Of a DNA stretch of 64,000 bases, positions 21,126-32,115 are shown piece by piece. Position numbers and translations under genes: made by a program. The notes under the pieces are model-generated. The model was not told where the DNA came from, searched no databases, and was given only the letters and a program-made list of their open reading frames with translations. Source of the DNA: Myxococcota bacterium (GTDB taxonomy: Bacteria > Myxococcota_A > Polyangia > Nannocystales > Nannocystaceae); assembly GCA_039028615.1 (NCBI GenBank), contig JBCCHT010000001.1, positions 608,001 to 672,000 of the forward strand. Reading direction: 5' to 3'. Numbering within the stretch: position 1 is the first letter of the stretch; each line of letters starts with the position of its first letter.

Positions 21126-22601
21126 ATGGGATGGAGATGGTGGGCCGCAACGGCGGCGGGGGTTTGTAGTGTGCTTTCGACCGGCGCGTGCACCAATGAC
21201 GTGCCCTTCGATGGCTTCACGAACGGTACGGCAGGCACGCCTACGATAACCGCTGCCGACGGCACCGCCGACGCTACGGCGACCGCCGCCGCCGACGGCA
21301 CGGCCGACGGCTCCGGCGGCGGCGAGCTGCTCGATGCCGGCGGTGGCACGGCCGGCATTCCCTGCAAGGGCGGTGGCCCCAGCGGCGAGGTCGAGTTCAG
21401 CTACGCCTGGATCGCCAACTCGCCCGATAGCACGATTTCCAAGATCGATACCTACACCGCCACCGAGGTCGCCCGCTACAGTGTCTCGGCCGTGCCCGCG
21501 GGTACCGTGCTGGTGGGCCCCTCGCGCACCTCGGTGGGCATCTACGGCGACATGGTCGTGGCCGACCGCAGCGGCGGCCTGGCCAAGATCTACGCCCGCA
21601 CCGACGAAGACTGCGTCGACCTCGACGGCAACGGGGTCATCGATACCTCGCAGGGCTCCACCGCCCTGCCCTATGGCGCCGACGAGTGCCTCGCCTGGCA
21701 CATCGAGATTCCCCGCGCCGAAGGCATCTACGAGGACCGCCGCGGGCCTCGAGCCGTGCAGTGGACGGGCCCGCGCTCGTGCGACTTCGCCGATGCCGAC
21801 GTCTGGGTCGCGTTCTGCAACGAGACCGACGACGACGTCACCGTATGGCTGGTCGACGGCGAGACCGGCTTCATCGACGTCGAGATCCCCATCCCCAACT
21901 TCAACTGCGAGATGATGGGTCCCTACGGTGGTGCGCTCGACCCCGACAACAACTTCTGGTTCGTCGACGGCGACACCGAGCACAACCTTTATCGCGCCGA
22001 CATCGACTGCCAGCCGAGCGCCGACAACCCCTGCTATGAGCGCTTCGTCCCGCCCGACGCCAACATGGACGCGTATGGCATCACCGCCGACCGCTACGGT
22101 CGCGTGTGGATGGCGGGCGTGAACAACAGCCTCTACTACTACGACATCGACAGCGGGCAATGGTTCAACTTCAAGGCCGAGGTCGACGCGTTCTTCAACG
22201 GCCTGGCCGACTCCCTCGGGGGTGATGCCGACGCCCTGCGGGTCAACATCCTGCGCGGCCTGATGATGGACGCCGACGACACCCTTTGGATCGCCACCGT
22301 GCAGGCCTTCGGCGGCGGGCCCTACCCCGGCGTGCTGCGAGTGGACACCACCACGTCGCCGTTCACCTATCAGTACTACAGCAATGAGACGCTCGGCCCC
22401 GAGCTCCAACATGCGGCCGGCATCAGCATCGACGTCGAGGGCAGCGTGTGGCTGGTCGACACCTTCAGCAACGCCGCCTACAAGATCCCGCCCGAGGCTC
22501 CGTCCAACTACATTCGCGTGGGTGGGCTCAACCAGCCCTATACGTACAGCGACATGACCGGCTTCGGGCTCCTCCAGATCGCCACCACGCCGACCGGCTA
22601 A
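21126..22601 (+). CDS. Beta-propeller lipoprotein, tandem paralogue of 19536-20909
   Basis: Lipobox TGAC; AWIANS..STISKIDT, PSRTSV and PYTYSDMTG motifs. Confidence 0.8.
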   Translation: MGWRWWAATAAGVCSVLSTGACTNDVPFDGFTNGTAGTPTITAADGTADATATAAADGTADGSGGGELLDAGGGTAGIPCKGGGPSGEVEFSYAWIANSPDSTISKIDTYTATEVARYSVSAVPAGTVLVGPSRTSVGIYGDMVVADRSGGLAKIYARTDEDCVDLDGNGVIDTSQGSTALPYGADECLAWHIEIPRAEGIYEDRRGPRAVQWTGPRSCDFADADVWVAFCNETDDDVTVWLVDGETGFIDVEIPIPNFNCEMMGPYGGALDPDNNFWFVDGDTEHNLYRADIDCQPSADNPCYERFVPPDANMDAYGITADRYGRVWMAGVNNSLYYYDIDSGQWFNFKAEVDAFFNGLADSLGGDADALRVNILRGLMMDADDTLWIATVQAFGGGPYPGVLRVDTTTSPFTYQYYSNETLGPELQHAAGISIDVEGSVWLVDTFSNAAYKIPPEAPSNYIRVGGLNQPYTYSDMTGFGLLQIATTPTG

Positions 22602-22625
22602 GCCGGATCCAATCGGTCTCCAGCA

Positions 22626-22655
22626 ACGCCACGCGCCCGGCCGGTCGCGTGGCGT
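22626..22655 (+). terminator. Hairpin after the propeller gene
   Basis: ACGCCACGCG / CGCGTGGCGT 10-bp stem. Confidence 0.5.
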
Positions 22656-22767
22656 CGTGCGTTCGGGCGTGACCGCGCTTGGCAGTCGCGCCAACCTGGT
22701 TGGCGTCCGAGGTTCCCGTCATGGGCCCGAATCAACGTTCCTCGGGCGAATCAGGCCGGGACAGGGC

Positions 22768-22783
22768 TGGCATGTCGTTTGCT
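22768..22783 (+). promoter_or_regulatory. Sigma-54 (-24/-12) promoter candidate
   Basis: TGGCATGTCGTTTGCT closely matches TGGCACG-N4-TTGCW with exact spacing, just upstream of ATG 22798. Confidence 0.7.
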
Positions 22784-22797
22784 GTCATCTTGGGTCG

Positions 22798-24492
22798 ATG
22801 GGGTCTCGGTGCACTCGCTCGCTCCTGTTGAGCACGGCCGGCGTTCTGCTCGGCTGTGGGGACCCAGTGGCGATCGAGCCCGAGCCGGCCCCCACCAGCG
22901 TGCACGGTGAGCCCTGCGACGAAGCGCCGGTGCCTCCCACCTACGAGGTCATCGACGAGCACTGCAATGCGTGCCAGTGCCTGGACGGCGCGTGGAGCTG
23001 CTTCGACGCGGGCGACAGCTGCATCCAAGCAGCGCTGGCCGATCGTCGGGCCGAGGTCCTCGTCGTGGTGGACGACTCCTCCTCCATGGGTGCGCAGCGC
23101 CAGGCTCGGCTCGCGCGGGGCTTGTCGTCGCTGACGCAGGCGCTCGCCACTGTGGCCGATCCGGTGCGGCTGCGGGTCGGCATCACCACCACCGATCTCG
23201 GCAACCCGGTCTGCGATCCGGCGACCGCCAAGGACGGCGAGCTGCTCGTGCGCAGCTGTCAGGAACATCTCGACGACTTCGCCCCGCCGGTCGGCCTCAC
23301 CGAAGTCTCGATCCCGGACGACGCGGCCCAGCTCGCCTGCGAGGCCCACTGCGAGCTCCCCGAGCTTCGCACCACGCCGACCCCGACCGCTGTCGATCCC
23401 ACCGCGCGAGCCCGCCCCTGGCTCGAGCGCTACGGCGAGACCACCAACATCGAAGGCGACGCCAGCTTCGACCAGGCGCTGGCCTGTGCGCTCCCCCAGG
23501 GCCTGCGAGGCTGCGACTTCGAGTCACCGCTCGAGGCCACCCGACGAGCCCTCGAGCGCTCCCAGGACCCCAGCGACCCGATGTACGGCTTCGCGAGCGA
23601 GGACTCGTCGCTCACCGTGCTGGTGGTCACCGACGAAGTCGATTGCTCGTCCAACGAGCCGTGGGACACCGTGTTCGATCCCGAGGGCACGCGACGGTTC
23701 TGGAGCGACCCCGAGGCGGACGCACCGACCTCGGCGGTGTGCTGGAAGACCGGAGTGCAGTGCAGCGGAGGCCCGGGCGTCTACGATGGCTGTGAGGCGG
23801 TCAACATCGACACCGCCGAGCACGTCGGCATCCCCAACGACAACGCCGTGCTCGTCCCCATGGATTGGATCGTGCGCGACATCTCGCGCAGCGGCCCGCG
23901 CGACATCAACTTCAACGTCATCGGCGGGGTCCCGATCGGCTACTCCACGGGCGAGGCCGAGCTTCAGTACAGCGATGCGCTCGACGATCCCGCGCAGGCG
24001 CAGCAGTACGGCGTGGGGCCGGGCTGCGTCGAGCAAGCGGGCCAAGCCATGCCCCCGGTACGCATGCTCGCCGCCGCCTCGCGCCTCGGTAGCCGCGGCC
24101 GCTCGGGCGTGTACTCGGCCTGCGCCGACGACTATGGCCCCGCGCTCGCGCAGGTCGGGCAGACCATCGCCGACGACCTCGACCCCGGTTGCTATTCGGC
24201 CTGCGCGGCGCTCGACCCGGAGCCCGAGTGCGTCGTGTGGAGCGAGGTCCCCCAGCCCGACGGGACCATCGACCACGTCGAGCTGCCGGCCTGCGAGGGC
24301 GATCGGCCGCCGCAAGGACACGGCCAGTGCTACGTGACCCGCCACGGCGACACGCTCACCGACGAGTGCCGAGCGTGGGGGTACAACCTGGAGCTGGCCC
24401 TACGCCACGATCCCACCGCGGTGCCCGCGGGCGGCCCCGCGCTGGCCGTTTGCCGCGCTTCGGAGTCCCCTGGCACCGACTGCGGCGGTTGA
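22798..24492 (+). CDS. vWA-domain Cys-rich lipoprotein
   Basis: Lipobox LLGC; MIDAS VVDDSSSM; RVGITTTD, GCDFESPLEA and VVTDEVDCS motifs. Confidence 0.82.
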   Translation: MGSRCTRSLLLSTAGVLLGCGDPVAIEPEPAPTSVHGEPCDEAPVPPTYEVIDEHCNACQCLDGAWSCFDAGDSCIQAALADRRAEVLVVVDDSSSMGAQRQARLARGLSSLTQALATVADPVRLRVGITTTDLGNPVCDPATAKDGELLVRSCQEHLDDFAPPVGLTEVSIPDDAAQLACEAHCELPELRTTPTPTAVDPTARARPWLERYGETTNIEGDASFDQALACALPQGLRGCDFESPLEATRRALERSQDPSDPMYGFASEDSSLTVLVVTDEVDCSSNEPWDTVFDPEGTRRFWSDPEADAPTSAVCWKTGVQCSGGPGVYDGCEAVNIDTAEHVGIPNDNAVLVPMDWIVRDISRSGPRDINFNVIGGVPIGYSTGEAELQYSDALDDPAQAQQYGVGPGCVEQAGQAMPPVRMLAAASRLGSRGRSGVYSACADDYGPALAQVGQTIADDLDPGCYSACAALDPEPECVVWSEVPQPDGTIDHVELPACEGDRPPQGHGQCYVTRHGDTLTDECRAWGYNLELALRHDPTAVPAGGPALAVCRASESPGTDCGG

Positions 24493-24505
24493 GCGCGACG
24501 GCAGC

Positions 24506-25603
24506 TCAGGGTGGTGAGCGCAGAGAGTGCAGGTCCTCCGGGTCGAAGCACAGCGTGATCGCGGACTCGGCCGTGTGCTGGCAGACGGTACGGCCCCGCG
24601 GGTCGAAGTCGAAACAAAAGCGGCTCCCCTCGGTCCGACGACGATGGTCGTGGAGCAGGAGACGGTGGGCACCGACGTCCCCCGCGGGCGTACCATCGGA
24701 AAACCAGATCGGCGTGTGGGCGTGCGCCACGAGATCGCGCGGACCGAAGCCGCCACAGGTCGTACCCTTCCCGATGAGCGGCGGTGCCACGCTGTATTCG
24801 ACCCCCTCGGTCTCGCCCCTCACCCGTGCACAGGGAGCCCTCAGCTCCACCTGCGTATCCATCACGCGCCGGGCGCGGGTGTGTTTGTGGAGCGTGACCG
24901 AGACCTCGTCGTTGCCGGGCAGGTCGCACGCATCGCCGCAGTCCGGGTCGACGAAGCGCTGGACCTCACCGACAGAGGAGTAGATCGGTCGATACACCCA
25001 GCCGATGGAGTCCGCGGCGATCGGCACGGTGATGGTCATCGTGTCCGTCGTCACCTCGACGCGCTCGTCGCTGGGCTCGGGGGACGACGAGACGGGCAAG
25101 CCCGGCCACAGCTCGACCCACATCGTGCCGAACCGCGCCCGGAAGCGCTCCGTGAGCACGGGCTGGAGCTCGTCTCGGTGGACCCACAACGAGACGTCGA
25201 CGCCGCGCAACAGCGAGCTGTGCCCCGCGTGGCAACCCGTGGACTCGTAGTTCTGTGGCCCGCTGAGGATGCCGTAGTAGTCACCCCGTCGACGGGTGGC
25301 TCGAACGACGACGAGGTTCCGCTGCGGCTGCAGGTGCTCGGCCGCGTCGGGTGGACGCAGGGGGCTGGACTGCGCCGTCTCGTTGGGAGCGATCCGCACT
25401 CTGGCATCGGGCCGAAGGAGGACGAAGCCGAGCAAGGGCTCGTCGACGCTCGCGGGCGCGGTGACCGAAGGCGCGGACGATGGCTCCGCGACCGGAGCGC
25501 AGGCCCACCCGAGGGCCACGGCCCCCCACAGGGACCGGGCAAGGCATCGACCCGCAGCGGCGGGCGAGCGGGGGCGAGCGATGGAGGCTGAGGGCCGGGG
25601 CAT
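24506..25603 (-). CDS. Hypothetical protein, probable lipoprotein
   Basis: Open frame with hydrophobic N-region ending GWAC; no family recognised; start uncertain. Confidence 0.55.
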   Translation of the reverse strand: MPRPSASIARPRSPAAAGRCLARSLWGAVALGWACAPVAEPSSAPSVTAPASVDEPLLGFVLLRPDARVRIAPNETAQSSPLRPPDAAEHLQPQRNLVVVRATRRRGDYYGILSGPQNYESTGCHAGHSSLLRGVDVSLWVHRDELQPVLTERFRARFGTMWVELWPGLPVSSSPEPSDERVEVTTDTMTITVPIAADSIGWVYRPIYSSVGEVQRFVDPDCGDACDLPGNDEVSVTLHKHTRARRVMDTQVELRAPCARVRGETEGVEYSVAPPLIGKGTTCGGFGPRDLVAHAHTPIWFSDGTPAGDVGAHRLLLHDHRRRTEGSRFCFDFDPRGRTVCQHTAESAITLCFDPEDLHSLRSPP

Positions 25604-25671
25604 GGGAACGCGGCGACGGGCATGGACAACCTGCCGCGCTCGAGGTTCCCACGGAGGCGCAGACGCAACAA

Positions 25672-25702
25672 CGCCGCGCGAACCGAGTCGGCTCGCGCGG
25701 CG
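25672..25702 (-). terminator. Hairpin downstream of the CBM11-like gene
   Basis: CGCCGCGCGA / TCGCGCGGCG stem with inner CCGA/TCGG pairing. Confidence 0.5.
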
Positions 25703-25722
25703 CAGTGAACGAGAGGCGGCGA

Positions 25723-26559
25723 CTAGTAGAAGCCGACCTGGTCGATCGCGTAGTCGAAGTCCATCCCGGCGCCGACCTGGAACTGGACCGACATCAGCGT
25801 GGCGGGATCGAAGGTCGCCTCGAGGCCCCAGCCCTCTTGGAAGGCCTCGGCGAAGTCGACGGTGTACTGCGTCCACTCGTCGGTGAGCGGGACGATCTTG
25901 CCGTGGGCGTCGTCGCACTCGTCCTCGCAGGTACCACCCGCGTCCACGGCCACGACGCCCTCGACGAGGAGCTTGACGCGAATGGGCACGGTGCCGCGAG
26001 CATGGAACACGATGCCTTGGTGCGCGCTGGCATCGTAGGGCATGCGGATGCCGTCGCCGCCATCGGGATCACCCTCGTTGTTGAGGTCGACGCCCACGCC
26101 CGCGCCCCACGTGGTGAAGCCGGTGCCGCTGGTCTGCGCTTGGAACAGGCTGGTGCCCGGGCCGCCCGCGGTGGGCTCGAAGGGCGTGGGCGGCAGCTGC
26201 TCGGAGCCCTTGGTCTCGTCGTTGTAGGTGTACCAGGCGCCCTGGCGACCGTTGGCGGCCAGGATGAGCGGGTCGCCGTCCTCGAGGTCGTCGATCATGT
26301 TGCCGGGCTCGATCTCGATGTCGTTGGAGCCGGAGCCCGTCTCGCCGCCGCCGCTGCCGTCGTCGCTGCCGTCGGCGCCATCGGTCGCGCCGTCGGTGGC
26401 TCCGTCGTCGCCGTCGGTGGCTCCGTCGTCACCCGTACCGCTCGGGTCCACGCCGCTGGCGTTGGTCGTGCTGCTCGACTCGCTCGAGTCACACGCGACG
26501 GACACGAAGCCCATGCTCAAAGCACACAGCATCCCCATGAAAACTTTCGTATTGGACAT
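25723..26559 (-). CDS. Carbohydrate-binding lipoprotein (CBM11/CIA30-like galactose-binding fold), paralogue 1
   Basis: Lipobox SVAC; IDDLEDG..GRQGAWYTYND, WGAG.G, YDAS.HQGI.F.ARG, L...W..Y, Q.GWG and IDQVGFY motifs. Confidence 0.75.
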   Translation of the reverse strand: MSNTKVFMGMLCALSMGFVSVACDSSESSSTTNASGVDPSGTGDDGATDGDDGATDGATDGADGSDDGSGGGETGSGSNDIEIEPGNMIDDLEDGDPLILAANGRQGAWYTYNDETKGSEQLPPTPFEPTAGGPGTSLFQAQTSGTGFTTWGAGVGVDLNNEGDPDGGDGIRMPYDASAHQGIVFHARGTVPIRVKLLVEGVVAVDAGGTCEDECDDAHGKIVPLTDEWTQYTVDFAEAFQEGWGLEATFDPATLMSVQFQVGAGMDFDYAIDQVGFY

Positions 26560-26614
26560 TTGCCTTCCAGACCTTTCTCGTCGATCGTTGAGTATTCACG
26601 AAGCGGGCCCGAAC

Positions 26615-27790
26615 CTAGCCCGCCATCAAAGCGGTACGAACGATTTGTCCGGCCGCACTGGGCGTACCCGCCCAGTCGTTGATCAGCGAGGGGAAGTCAC
26701 ACCCCCCCGGGTACCAAGCCCACGCGGTCCACGACAGATCGCGCTGGGCCGCGTAGGAAATTAGCTGGGACAGATATTCGGTCGAACAATCGAAGGTGCC
26801 GAACTCGGTGATGAGCACGGGATGGTCCGCCGTCAGGTTGCCCCAGTCGCCATCCCAGTCGCTCGGGCCCTTGCCCGGCAAGTCGTAGGGATGCGTGGCG
26901 TAGGTGATGTTGTAGCCGCTGAGCGGAGTGCCGGGCACTCCCGACAGGTCGTAGCCATAGTCGAGGCCGCCGAGCACCACCAGGTTGTCGGCCCCCGAGT
27001 TACGCACGGTATCGTAGAGGGTCTGCATGCCCACGGCCATGAAGCCGTCGCCGCTGTCTCCTCCGTCGCGCCAGACCTGCCAGGTGACGTCGTGGGGCTC
27101 GTTGTACAGCTCGAAGATCACCCGGCCGTCATCCGCGTAGCGCTGCGCGACCTGAGACCAGAACAACACCGAGTGGTTGTCGGCCATGCGTTGCTGACCG
27201 GGCGTGACGCCCCAGTCGCCGCGGTCGGACCAATGAAGATCGAGGATGACGTCCATCCCGGCCGCGTGGGCCCACTCGATCTGCTGGTCGATGCGCTCGG
27301 GGTAGCCGGGGGCGTACACGACTGATCCCTCCAGCCAAAAGCCTTGGTTGAGCGCGATGCGGACGGCGTTGGATCCCCAGCTCGCCATCAGCTGATAGTC
27401 CTGGGGACTGAGGTCCTCCCCCATGTCGTTCCACTCGAGCGAGGGTCGGTCGACACCGCGAAACACATGGGGCGTGCCCGACTCGTGATAGATGGTGTTG
27501 CCGAGGACGTAGTAGCCGTCCGGTGCGGTCGGCGGCTGCTCTTGCCCGCCCGTGCTCTCGTCCCCGGTGCCCGTCTCGTCGTTACCGTCGGTAGCTTCGG
27601 CCGCGTCGTCATCACTCGCAGCCGTGTCCTCGACCCCCTGAGTCCCTTGTCCGGAGTCCGTCGCGACGTCCGTGCCGAAGGCTCCGTCGTCGCTGCTCCC
27701 GACCGTGCACGCCAGCGGGAGCGCCGCGACTACGAGGCTCCACGCGGTGGACCGGCGTCGCGCTGGCCCCTGGTCAATGCCCGATTGCAC
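26615..27790 (-). CDS. GH5 endoglucanase/cellulase, lipoprotein
   Basis: N.VRI, ILDLH, IFELYNEP (acid/base), HPY, LITEFG (nucleophile) and WTAWAW motifs; lipobox PLAC; start uncertain. Confidence 0.9.
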   Translation of the reverse strand: MQSGIDQGPARRRSTAWSLVVAALPLACTVGSSDDGAFGTDVATDSGQGTQGVEDTAASDDDAAEATDGNDETGTGDESTGGQEQPPTAPDGYYVLGNTIYHESGTPHVFRGVDRPSLEWNDMGEDLSPQDYQLMASWGSNAVRIALNQGFWLEGSVVYAPGYPERIDQQIEWAHAAGMDVILDLHWSDRGDWGVTPGQQRMADNHSVLFWSQVAQRYADDGRVIFELYNEPHDVTWQVWRDGGDSGDGFMAVGMQTLYDTVRNSGADNLVVLGGLDYGYDLSGVPGTPLSGYNITYATHPYDLPGKGPSDWDGDWGNLTADHPVLITEFGTFDCSTEYLSQLISYAAQRDLSWTAWAWYPGGCDFPSLINDWAGTPSAAGQIVRTALMAG

Positions 27791-27800
27791 TGGGGTCGAA

Positions 27801-27834
27801 GTGGCGACACGCCACCGAAATCGATGACTATTTT
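27801..27834 (-). promoter_or_regulatory. Candidate ECF promoter, copy 2 (GH5)
   Basis: Minus strand reads AAAATAG TCATC N17 GCCAC. Confidence 0.65.
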
Positions 27835-29210
27835 CCACTTTGTCCTTCCGGCACGGCATTTTCGGCGATGATCTGCCGATAGAAGAGCGCGCTGTCCTTC
27901 AGGCGACGCTCCTGCGTCTCGTAGTCGACCCAGACGATCCCGAACCGTTGCGAGTAGCCGAATTGCCACTCGAAATTATCCATTAGCGACCAGACGAAGT
28001 ACCCACGCAGTGGTACGCCATCTTCAATCGCACGATGCGCTTGCTGTAAGTGGCCTCTGAGGAAGCTCAGGCGGCGCATATCCGGGATCGAGCCATCCTC
28101 GGCTGGGCCCGTATCGTAGCTGGCGCCGTTCTCCGTCACGAACAGCGCGTTGGGCTGGTAATCGAGATGAACCCGCAGCAAGGTCTCCCAAAGCCCCTCG
28201 GGATAGCTCTCCCAGCCCATTGCGGTGATCTCGTCGCGGAGCCCGGGTTGCTCCCACGCTCCTTCGTCCTCTTCGGGCTCGGGGAAGCGCACCGATCGCA
28301 CGATGTTGCGTCGGTAGTAGTTGATGCCGAGAAAATCGATAGGTGCCGCGATGGCGGCTTCATCCCCCGACTGGACCTGCGGCAAGCCGGAGGCCGGCAC
28401 GACTTCCTTGTCCCTAAAGTAGTCGAGCATGTCCTCGGGGTAGCCACGGCCGAAGACCGGGTCGAGGAACCACCGGTTGAAAAGGCCGTCGTGCAGCCGA
28501 CGCGCGCGGCGAACTTCGGGCTCCTCGGACGCGCCGTGCATCGGAGCCAGATCGAGCGTGATGCCCACCTGCGCCCCGGAAACGTGGCTGCGAATGGCCG
28601 GCACCGCCCAGCCGTGCGACAGCAGCATGTGGTGCGCGGCAGCCAGAGCCGCCCCCGCATCGCGCACGCCCGGCGCGTGCGCCCCGACGTGGTAGCCGAT
28701 CATGCTGGCGACTCGCGGCTCGTTGTGGGTGACCCAGTGGGCGACGCGATCGCCCAGGCGTCGGGCCACGATCTCCGCGTAGTCGGCGAAGGCCTGCGCG
28801 GTCTCCCGCTTCGGCCAGCCGCCCTCGCGATGGAGCGCCAGCGGCAGATCCCAGTGATAGAGGGTGACGTACGGGGTGATGCCCGCCTCGAGCAGGCCGT
28901 CGACCAGCCGCGAATAGAAGTCCAGACCCGCTTCGTCGACGGCGCCTCGCCCCTGCGGCAGCACGCGCGGCCAGCTGATGGAGAAGCGGTACGCGTGAAG
29001 GCCGAGCTCGCGCATCAGCGCGATGTCCTGCGAAAATCGCTGCACGTGGTCGCACGCGACGCGACCGTCAGTGCCGTCGCTGATCGCTCCGGGCTGCCGA
29101 CAAAAATCGTCCCAGATGGAATCGCCCCGGGAATCTGCCGCCCCTTCGATCTGAAAACAGGAGGTCGCGGCTCCCCAAATGAAGTCGCGCGGGAAGGCGA
29201 GGTCGGCCAT
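27828..29210 (-). CDS. GH1 beta-glucosidase, cytoplasmic
   Basis: FPRDFIWGAATS.FQIEG, YRFSISWPR, TLYHWDLP, THNEP, VTENG and WSLMDNFEW motifs; no signal peptide; GGGGAG RBS. Confidence 0.95.
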   Translation of the reverse strand: MADLAFPRDFIWGAATSCFQIEGAADSRGDSIWDDFCRQPGAISDGTDGRVACDHVQRFSQDIALMRELGLHAYRFSISWPRVLPQGRGAVDEAGLDFYSRLVDGLLEAGITPYVTLYHWDLPLALHREGGWPKRETAQAFADYAEIVARRLGDRVAHWVTHNEPRVASMIGYHVGAHAPGVRDAGAALAAAHHMLLSHGWAVPAIRSHVSGAQVGITLDLAPMHGASEEPEVRRARRLHDGLFNRWFLDPVFGRGYPEDMLDYFRDKEVVPASGLPQVQSGDEAAIAAPIDFLGINYYRRNIVRSVRFPEPEEDEGAWEQPGLRDEITAMGWESYPEGLWETLLRVHLDYQPNALFVTENGASYDTGPAEDGSIPDMRRLSFLRGHLQQAHRAIEDGVPLRGYFVWSLMDNFEWQFGYSQRFGIVWVDYETQERRLKDSALFYRQIIAENAVPEGQSGK

Positions 29211-29386
29211 CGCTCCCCCTCCAGAGCAAGAACCGTGCGCGCCCACGAACCCAGTAATTTGGCTGGGATTGGTCCGCTGGCCCAGGTCGGCACGGATCAT
29301 TCCCTTCCTGTTTTCAGGCCGGTCGGACCACTGTGCTCCGCCACCTACACACCGGACCAACGTTCGGAATGAACGAAGCCGTGCGG

Positions 29387-29420
29387 AAAAGAATCATCAA
29401 TTGTTTTGGGGTCTCACCAC
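29387..29420 (+). promoter_or_regulatory. Candidate ECF promoter, copy 3 (sigma-54 activator)
   Basis: AAAAGAA TCATC N17 ACCAC. Confidence 0.6.
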
Positions 29421-29545
29421 AACAGAACACGAGGACGGAGCAGGCCACGGCCGCGATTCAAAGCGGCTCCGGGTGGAAGAGTCGCCGCGACATGAGTTGC
29501 AGGCCTGAAGCCGATCAAACCACGCAGGCAGACGGGAACGGGGAC

Positions 29546-30706
<1,161 letters not shown>

Positions 30707-30859
30707 CCGACCGACCAACGTTGGCCGCGTCCCAGCGCGGCCCGGGACCCCGAGTGCAAGAGAGTGCATTCGGGGTTCTTTGCGTTCGGATACACGACGA
30801 TACACAAACGCCTCGGATTGAAATGGCGGCGCCGGGGCGACCTGGTCATGATCAGAGGC

Positions 30860-32020
30860 ATGACTCGCAAGGACTTCCTCCGGCTGTGCTCGATCCTGGG
30901 CGTGGGCATACCCGGACTCCCGTGGCTCGGTGGCTGTGGCGACGAAACCGGCGAGGGCGACGGCGGCTTCAGCGGTGGCGGCAGCGGCAGCGGCAGTGGT
31001 GGTGACGCGAACGTCGAGGGTCGCGGACACGTGCTGATCCTCGGCGCGGGCGTGGGCGGCCTGTCCGCGGCCTACACTCTGCAGCGCATGGGCGTCGATT
31101 TCACCATCCTCGAGGCGTCGAATACCTACGGCGGCCGGGTCAAGATCGATCGCGACTTCGCAGACTTCCCGATCCCGCTGGGCGCCGAGTGGATCGAGAC
31201 CGGCACGGGCTTCCTCGAAGAGCTCGTGGACGATCCCGGCGTGGAGGTCGACGTCGCGACGTTTCCCGATGGCCAGGACCACAAGTTCCGCGGCTCCTCG
31301 TGGCTCCAGTTCTTCGAGCAATTCATCCTGCCCTCCGTCGACGATCGCATTCGGTACGGCGAGCGCGTCACCTCGGTGAACTACGAGGGCGACATCGTCG
31401 AGGTGACCACCGACCAGGGCGTGCACCTCGCGGAGCGCGTGATCGTCTCGGTTCCGCTGCGCATCCTCCAGGTGGGCGACATCGGTTTCCAGCCCGCCCT
31501 CCCCTCGTGGAAGCGCGAGGCGATCGATGGCGTGCCCGTGTGGGATGGCTTCAAGGCGTTCTTCGAGTTCTCCGAGAACTTCTACGAGTCCGGCCCGGGG
31601 GTGGTCGATCCCGTCGCCGATGCAGGAGGCCAGAAGCTCTACTACGACGCAGCTTGGGGTCAGAATTCCTCCCGCCACGTCCTCGGCCTGTTCACGGTGG
31701 GCGAGCCCGCTCGCGACTACACCGAGCGATCGGGCGACGAGCTGCGTGACTTCATCCTCGCCGAGCTCGACGCAGCCTTCGAGGGTCGTGCGACCGCCAC
31801 CTATCTGAACCACGTCGTCCAAGACTGGGGTGACGAGCCGCTGGCCAAGGGTGCCTATCTCGCCGACAACGCCGACTACGAGGTCGTTCAGCAGCTCGGT
31901 CGGCCGGTGGCCAACAAGCTGTTCTTCGGCGGGGGCGCATACACCGACGGCGAAGACTGGGTCTCGGTGCACGTGGCCGCGCGCTCGGGCCGAGACGCCG
32001 CCGTTCGGTTGGTGTCGTAG
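30860..32020 (+). CDS. Flavin-containing amine oxidase family protein, Tat-like lipoprotein
   Basis: TRKDFL Tat-like motif with LGGC lipobox; ILGAGVGGLSAA, LEAS..YGGR and LGAEWI motifs. Confidence 0.85.
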   Translation: MTRKDFLRLCSILGVGIPGLPWLGGCGDETGEGDGGFSGGGSGSGSGGDANVEGRGHVLILGAGVGGLSAAYTLQRMGVDFTILEASNTYGGRVKIDRDFADFPIPLGAEWIETGTGFLEELVDDPGVEVDVATFPDGQDHKFRGSSWLQFFEQFILPSVDDRIRYGERVTSVNYEGDIVEVTTDQGVHLAERVIVSVPLRILQVGDIGFQPALPSWKREAIDGVPVWDGFKAFFEFSENFYESGPGVVDPVADAGGQKLYYDAAWGQNSSRHVLGLFTVGEPARDYTERSGDELRDFILAELDAAFEGRATATYLNHVVQDWGDEPLAKGAYLADNADYEVVQQLGRPVANKLFFGGGAYTDGEDWVSVHVAARSGRDAAVRLVS

Positions 32021-32115
32021 CCCAGGACTCGCATCGAGACGGTCCCGAAGCCCGCGGTGAATAGCATCGCCGCCGCGCCGTGACCTACGGGTATGCGGTT
32101 CGACGGAGGTGCTCG

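Noticed and set aside
29225..29240. Sigma-54-like element before GH1 (minus strand GCGCACGGTTCTTGCT)
   Set aside because: The invariant GG at -24 is CG, and the implied TSS would fall in or past the RBS.
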